Source: Cyanophora paradoxa CCMP329 (Eukaryota > Plantae > Glaucophyta). From it: a stretch of 64,000 nt of DNA. The stretch lies in contig QPMI01000520.1 in assembly GCA_004431415.1 (NCBI GenBank), positions 1 through 64,000 on the forward strand, given 5' to 3'. Below are positions 57,822 through 64,000 of the stretch, piece by piece. The notes under the pieces were generated by a model. The model saw nothing but the letters and a program-made list of their open reading frames with translations. It searched no databases and was not told the origin of the DNA. Made by a program: the position numbers and the translations under genes. The first letter of the stretch is position 1; each line of letters opens with the position of its first letter.

Positions 57822-60204
57822 ATGGTGGCGTTCTCCGCTGTCGTCGGCCTGCCGCGCTCCGCCTCCTCGCTGTCCGCGGGAGCAGTTTCGCCGGCAAGCC
57901 GCGCAGCGCAGTCGGCCGCCTGTCGAGCGAGCTGTCGGAAGATTGCAGCCGCTCACCGACCATTTCTGATCAGCGCCGGCCCGTCGGCGTCCGTACAGTG
58001 CTTCCAGCCCTCCCGTCCACCGCGGCTCCGGCTCCCGAGTGATCGGCTCGCGTTCTTCGGCGGCATTTTACAGCCAAGTCCTAGTCCGAGCACAACTGCC
58101 GTGCGCCCCGCCCCAGGAGCGCACCGTGGCGCGTGCCACATTCCTAATCCTCGGCGGGCACTGCGGCAGTTGCGGAGGCGCAGGCGAGCAGGTATCGACG
58201 CGGGCGGAGTGCGGCCGGTTGTGTCGTCGTTGCTCGACTTCAGCCTGCGCGATCTGGGTCCGAACAAGCGCGACATCGGGCTCCTCTTCGTGTCCCGCGG
58301 TGCGCGCGGCCGCGCCCGCAGCGCCCAGCGCGCCCTGCGCCGGGCGCCGCGTGACGTGCTGCGATGGCCGGCAGCCATGCGCACCTTCAGCATCGGCCTG
58401 GTCAACGTGATCCTCGTGCTGTACCTGAAGGAGGTGCACGTGCCCGCCTGGAAGGCCCCGCTCCCAGCGCGCCGTCCGAGCGGCCCTCACGCTTCAATCG
58501 CCGCCGCGCAGGTCGGCCTTTCGGCTCCGGAGATCGGCACCCTCTTCACCCTCGTCCTCGCCGGCGGTGCGCTCGCCGGCCCGGCCCGCCGCACGCCCGC
58601 CGGCGGCGACACGTGGGCGCGCGCGCGCCTGGTGCAGACGCGGGCCTGTCGCTGTGGATCGCGACGATCGCGGACCGGGTGGGGCGCCGGAAGGTGATCC
58701 GGGCGATGGCGGCGTCGGTCGTGGGGGCCGGCCTGGTCTTCTCGATGGGGGTGGACAGCCTGCCGCTGCTCACCGTCGCCTCGCTGGTCGGCATCATCCG
58801 CCCCGGCGGCGGCGACCTCGGGCCCTTCCTCGCCATCGAGCAGGCCGCCCTCTCCCAGTGCGCCCCGCCGCCGCCGCACCCCGCCCGGCCCCGCCCCGCC
58901 CCGCCGCCCCCGACTCGGCCGCGCAGGCTCGTGTCGAACGAGTGCCGGACGACGGTGATGGGCTGGTACCAGCTCACGGGGAGCCTCTCGCAGGCGCTGG
59001 GCGCGCTGTGCAGCGGGGCGCTCTCGTCGGGGGCGCTGGGGGCGGGGAGCACGGAGCTGGAGTCGTACCGGCAGGTGCTCGTGCTCTACAGCCTCCTCGG
59101 CGTCGTCGTCATCTTCCTCTCCACCCTCATGTCCCCCGCCGTCGAGTTCTACGGCCCCGACGGCGCCCCCACCCCCGCCCTCTCCCTCGCCCCGCACTCC
59201 CCGCGCCCCTCGGGCGTCCCCCCCGCCACCCCCTGGCTCATCCGCTCCCTCCCCGCCGGCCTCGGCTCCTGGTTCGAGCGGCACCTGCCGGTCTCGAGCC
59301 CAGTCATCGCCCGCCTTTGCCTCCTCCTCGCCCTCGACTCCTTCTCCTCCAACTTCGTCATGCAGACCGGTGCGCTGGCGCCCGGGCCCCCGCCGCGCCG
59401 CCCCCTCTCCGCTCTCGAAGCCGACTCTGCCTTCCTCTCCGCAGTCGTCTCGGACTGGTTCAACGTGCGCTGGGGGGCGGAGCCCGCGGCCCTCGGGCGC
59501 ATCTTCTTCTGCACCAACGTTGTCGCCGGTGCGCCCGAAGTCGGGAGGGGCCGCTGCGCCCCAACCCCCGCCCGAGCGCGCCTGACGGCGGGGGCGGGGG
59601 CGGGGGCGCGGCACGCGCAGGCTTCTCCTCGCTCCTCTCCGCCACCATCGCCAAGCGCGTCGGCCTCATCCGCACCATGGTGCGCCCGTGACGCCGGCCT
59701 CGGTTTAGACCTGATCTGACCCCGCGCGGCGCGCCGCAGGTCCTCACGCACCTCCCCTCGAACCTCTTCCTCATGACGATCCCCCTGGCCCCCACCTTCC
59801 CCGCCGCCGTGGGCGCCTACCTGCTCCGCGGGGGCCTGGGGTACATGGACGTCCCGGCGCGCAACTCGTACATCGTGGCGGTGGTGCCGCCCTCGGAGCG
59901 GACGGCGGCGGCCGGGGTGTGCAACATCGCGCGGACGGCGGGCGCGTCGCTCTCGCCGCTGGTGGCGGGGCTGCTGGCGGAGCAGGGGGCGGGGGCGCTG
60001 GGGCCCGGGGCGCTGCGGGACGCCCCCTTCTTCCTCGCCGGCACCCTCGCCCTCGCCTACGACGCCCTCCTCCTCCTCCAGTTCCGCAACATCCGGCCCC
60101 CCGAGGAGGCCCCCGGCCCCCTAGCCCCCTCCCCCTCCGACGCGTCGCCCCCCGGCCCCGAGCAGCCGGCGCCCCCCGCGGGCAGCGCCAAGGACCCCGA
60201 ATAG
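57822..60204 (+). CDS. MFS transporter, probably plastid-targeted
   Basis: Leader MVAFSAVVG...RLAFFGG; motif A IADRVGRRKV; GPFLAIEQAALSQ; LALDSF; IAKRVGLIRTM|VLTHLPSN; MDVPARNSY; PFFLAGTLALAYD..FRNIRPPEE. Stop TAG at 60202-60204. An upstream in-frame ATG exists at 57795. Confidence 0.88.
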
Positions 60205-60315
60205 CGCTCTGCGCTCGCCTCGCAGTCTCGCAGGTAGATTTAGACAGAGACTTGAGCAGTTACAGCGAGGAACAGGTCGCTAAGACCGTGCCCCGCGCTG
60301 GGCGCTCGCGCGAGC

Positions 60316-61693
60316 TCACCAGCGGCCGCCGCCGCCACCGCCGCCGCCGGCGCCGCCTCCGCCGAAGCCGCCGAAGCCGCCGCTGGGGGTGAAGGGCCCC
60401 GTCGGGGGCGGCGGCCGGGCCAGGACCGGCTCGTAGACGTGGATGCGGTCCCGCGCGTTGAACGCCCACCTGCGCCCCGGGGCGGTCAGAGAGGCACACA
60501 CTTGAAAGCTGCAGAAGGGGGCGGCTCGCCAGTGAGCGATGACGGCGCCGTCGATGAGGTCCGGGAAGCGGCCTGCACCCCGTCAGAGGAGGAGGGGAGC
60601 TCTAGGGGGGAGGGCGCACGCTGGAGGCGCTCGAGGGCGCCGTTGAAGAAGACGACGTTCTCCTGCCCGCGGCCCTGCGCCTGCGCCTGCTCGGCCGGCC
60701 CGCACCCGTCCTGCGGCCCCGCCCCCGCCCCGGGGCCCTCCCGCCAGTCCGGCCGCCCGAACTGCGCAGGCCGTCCGCGGTCGGCGGCGTTCGAGGCCTG
60801 CGCGGGCGGAACGCGCGGCGCACGTCGCTGGGGCCGGAGCCGGTGGCCGGGGCGGGATGCCGGTGCCCGGGAGGCGCTCGGCGGCCGCCGGGTGGAGCCC
60901 GTCGACGTTCTGACGGCACACGGGGCAGATCGAGCGCGTCTGGGGCGGCGGGCGGGGCGCAGCTCAGAGGGGGCGCGGGCGGAGTGGCGCGGGGCGGGGG
61001 CACCTCGAGCCAGTCGCAGACGCACTTGACGTGGAAGCGGTGCCCGCAGCGGAGGAGGACGGTGTCGGAGCCGGCGTCCACCTGCGGCCCAGACGGCCCA
61101 GACGGCCCCGCCGCCGCCGCCGCCGCTGCTGGGGCGGCGTCCCCGGCCAGACCCGCCTCCGCGTCGGGGTCACGCGGCGCCGCGGGGATGGCGGCGCGGG
61201 GCCGGCGCTGGAGGCGGCGCGGGGCGCGGAGGGGCGGGGGCGAGGGGCGTGGGGCCGGGGCGCCGGCGGGGAAGTCCTCGAGGCAGATGGGGCACGACGA
61301 GGAGCGGAACTCGGGGACCGAGCGCAGGCCCTGCAGGTCCCGCAGCAGCTGGTGCAAGAGCCGCGCGCAGGCGCAAGTCAGCGCGGCAGCGCGGCAGCGC
61401 GGCAGAGGGGCGAGGGAGCGGGCCGCCGGCCGGCCCGAGCGCGCGCACCCGCTCGACGTGCTGGCGGCGGCCGATGTCGCGGTAGCGCGCCCGGGCCGCC
61501 CGCAGCGCGAGCGCCGCGAAGAAGCCGCCGAAGAGCTGCGCCGCGGCGTGAGCGGGGGCGCGCTCCGCCCGAGGGGCCGGCGGGCGGGGGGGCGCGCCAG
61601 GAGCCCCAGGTTGTCCTCGATGAAGTCCCAGATCTCCTCCAGGGCGTCCCAGAGCCACCACTTGGCGCGCGCCAGGCGCCCGCCCCCGCCCAG

Positions 61694-61735
<42 letters not shown>

Positions 61736-62421
61736 GCCGCCTGCGGCGCGAGACTTGACGTTGCTGACGATGGAGCGGACGATGGCGAGGACGCCGCCGT
61801 CGACGTCGCCGGCCTTGAGCTGCCGCTTGGCGTCGTCGATGGCGCGCTCCGCGCGCTTGTCGGGGAGGTAGTCCCGCGCCCCGCGGCCCGTCGAGATGTA
61901 CGCCTGGCGGTCGTTCCGCGAGAGGAGGAGGAAGATGCCCGTGTTGCAGTCGCGGTCCCCGACGCCCCACTTGTCGTGCACCGCCTTGGCGAAGTTCCTG
62001 AAGTCCTCGTCCTCCACGTCGTTGTCGTGGTCGTCGTCGTCCGGGTCCACGGGGTTCGTGATCCTGCCGGCGCGTCAGAGGCGTGCGGGAGGGAGAGCGA
62101 GGCAGGGCGGAACGCCGCGCACTTCACTTTCTGAACGACCAGCACGCCCAACTCGAAGTTCGCGCTCTTTCCGCTGCACGACGCCGTCGCAGCCTTGAGC
62201 TCGGCCATCGCCGCCTCGATATCAGTCATCGCCTGGTTGCTCAGAATTCCGTCGCAGTTGCATAGGGGGGCTGGCGCGGTCAGGCCGCACGCCTCCGGAT
62301 TCTTGACTGGGTCCGGCACATCGGCGACAGTCCAGCCGCCGGCGGGCGCGGCAGCGCTCGCCGCGGCTATGGAAATATAGCAGATGAGGGTCGCGAGGGC
62401 GACAGTGCGCAGCGCCCGCAT
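60316..62421 (-). CDS. Signal peptide - TPM (MOLO-1-like) domain - TM - RING-H2 - Gly-rich tail protein (putative membrane E3 ligase)
   Basis: WTVADVPDP..CG..LCNCDGILS; FAKAVHDKWGVGDRDCNTGIFLLLSRNDRQAYISTGRG; TM; CPICLEDF...CGHRFHVKC..W..CPVC; ends [16 protein letters not shown]. Confidence 0.85.
61694..61734. repeat. (GCCGGA)n coding microsatellite, about 7 units, encoding a GSGSGS linker
   Basis: Directly visible perfect hexamer repeat within the TPM-RING gene. Confidence 0.9.
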
Positions 62422-62642
62422 CGTCCGTTCGCTGGCAACTGTACTAAAAAGCTGCTGGCCTCAATCGTGCGCTAGGCTTGGCCTGTCTTTCGTCAGCAGC
62501 TTCAGACGAGCGCCAATAGTAGGCTCTACCCCCTGACAAGGGCCTACCGGTACCCCCATCGCCAAACACGTCGGTTACTCGAGCCCGTTTCTAGCACAGC
62601 TGTACTGCTTAAAGTCTACAGCGCAGCCGTCAATTTACAGCG

Positions 62643-63706
62643 ATGGAGGGTCCGGCCGGCGAGGTCCGGTTCCAGGTCCTGTCGCCCGAACTAGTCGCCC
62701 AGGCGCACGCGGTTCCAGTCGACCAGTCATTCGATGAATCCGAATTCCAGGTGCGATGCTGGGTGCAAGCGGCCCCCGCAGGTGCCTGTGAGCCCTCGTC
62801 GCCCCGTTTCCGACGCGCGCCTCGCAGCCGATTCAAGCAACACTGGGCTGGGCGAAGCGGGGGAAGCTCCTCTCCACAGTGGAGGACAAAGATGCGCTGG
62901 AAAGCAGACCGAAGCCGCCGCCGGCCGAGTCGGAGAGCCCCTCAGTAGCGTTGTATCCAGCTGGCGTTCCGCGGTCAGACGTGCCGGAGCCGCCGGGGCC
63001 CATGCCCTTAGCACTCGCATCTGCGCCCCCTGCGGTCGTGGAGTCTCCGCGCCCCGCGTCGGCCTTCCTCAGTAACTTCTTGAACCGTATCGGGCTCCCC
63101 CTTCCGGGCCGCCGGCTCTCCGCAAGCGACGGGCGAGCGCCGGCTGTCGCAATCGGCGGGCTCTCTGCGTCCAATTCCCCGCCTTCCACCCCCGGACGCC
63201 TCACGAGGTCGCTCCCGGGACCCGGCGCCGGCCCCGCCCCCGCGACGGGCGAGAAGCCGGAGCGGACGCGCTCGCAACACCGGGCGAAAGTCCCATTCGA
63301 GAACCAGGTGGAGCTCGGGAACCCACGAGCACTCGACGGAGACGCGGTGCGCGCGCGGCGCAGCGCCCCCGCCCGTCTGCCGGCCCGACTGACGCCGGCG
63401 CGCCCGCGGCCGCCGCAGGCGCCCTCCTCGGCGCGGGCGCAGACGCCGTCGGCGGCGGGCGCGTGGCGGCGCGGGCTGGGGCGCCTGTTTGACTGGCGGC
63501 TCCTCGCGGCGGTCGCGGCGGTCCTCCTCACTGTCTGCCTCGTCCTCGCCTCCGTCGGCGGCCGCAAGAACTTCGGAATGGCCCTCGCGAGCTTCTGCTG
63601 CGGCCTCGCCAGCTTCCCCCTCGCCTTCTGCGCCTTCTTCTCCAGGAGACGCCTCGCCCACTCCAACCCCTCCCCGCGGGCCGCCTCGGCCTCTGTACAG
63701 GTCTAG
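62643..63706 (+). CDS. Uncharacterised protein with disordered N-terminus and two C-terminal TM helices
   Basis: Exon 1 MEGPAGE...SEFQ|GTGCGA intron to CAG at 62876-62878, then a Pro/Ser-rich region and LLAAVAAVLLTVCLVLASV..FGMALASFCCGLASFPLAFCAFF. Stop TAG at 63704-63706. Confidence 0.6.
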
Positions 63707-64000
63707 GCCCAGGTCAGGGCCTATGTTTTTTCATTCGGTGCAAAACGCACCTTCTTGCTTTTATTTCAATTCGAAATGCGCCCATCTCTCGATCCAGGTA
63801 CAGCGTGTACGTAGCGTTATCTTCATTATTTCTTGACATAGCACATGATCACAAATACAAACAGTCCGCGCTGCACAGGGTGACTGTTCTGCCTACACGA
63901 AGAGCACACGAGTAAATCGCATACGACGATGCACGACGAAAGCGGCCAGGCGGCGCGCGTGGGTTCAGATCCTAGAAGCCCCGCGATAGCCGCCAGAGGC

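Overview
This is a GC-rich, intron-dense eukaryotic nuclear segment with about 16 spliced protein-coding genes; most of the long six-frame ORFs are GC-driven shadows. The organism is inferred to be a glaucophyte alga (Cyanophora-like). Several genes start with signal-peptide-free, Phe-containing plastid transit peptides (MFSF, MQSAF, MASF, MVAF), and an RbcX-like chaperone for form IB Rubisco is present. Genes in order: archaemetzincin (5'-partial), RbcX-like, an unknown polytopic membrane protein, an ABCB10-like half transporter, an ethylene-receptor-type hybrid histidine kinase, a Cys-rich-repeat membrane protein, a CBM20-SGNH-DUF1796-like protein, a giant Kelch/PKD/VWA/multi-TM protein, plastid RF2 (prfB), plastid DEAD-box RH39, a PIWI-clade Argonaute, CDC20, an unknown plastid-targeted protein, an MFS transporter, a TPM-TM-RING-H2 protein and an unknown tail-TM protein. 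Main surprises: (1) four covarying histone-type 6-bp-stem/4-nt-loop hairpins in the CDC20 3' region; (2) chains of overlapping short palindromes filling intergenic DNA; (3) about half of the introns in the best-resolved gene are GC-AG with a non-U1-like donor; (4) 7-13 nt microexons build the phospho-His and phospho-Asp motifs of the kinase; (5) a block-wise G/C skew oscillation sets synonymous codon choice. All gene models were assembled by eye; family assignments rest on recalled motifs, not database searches.
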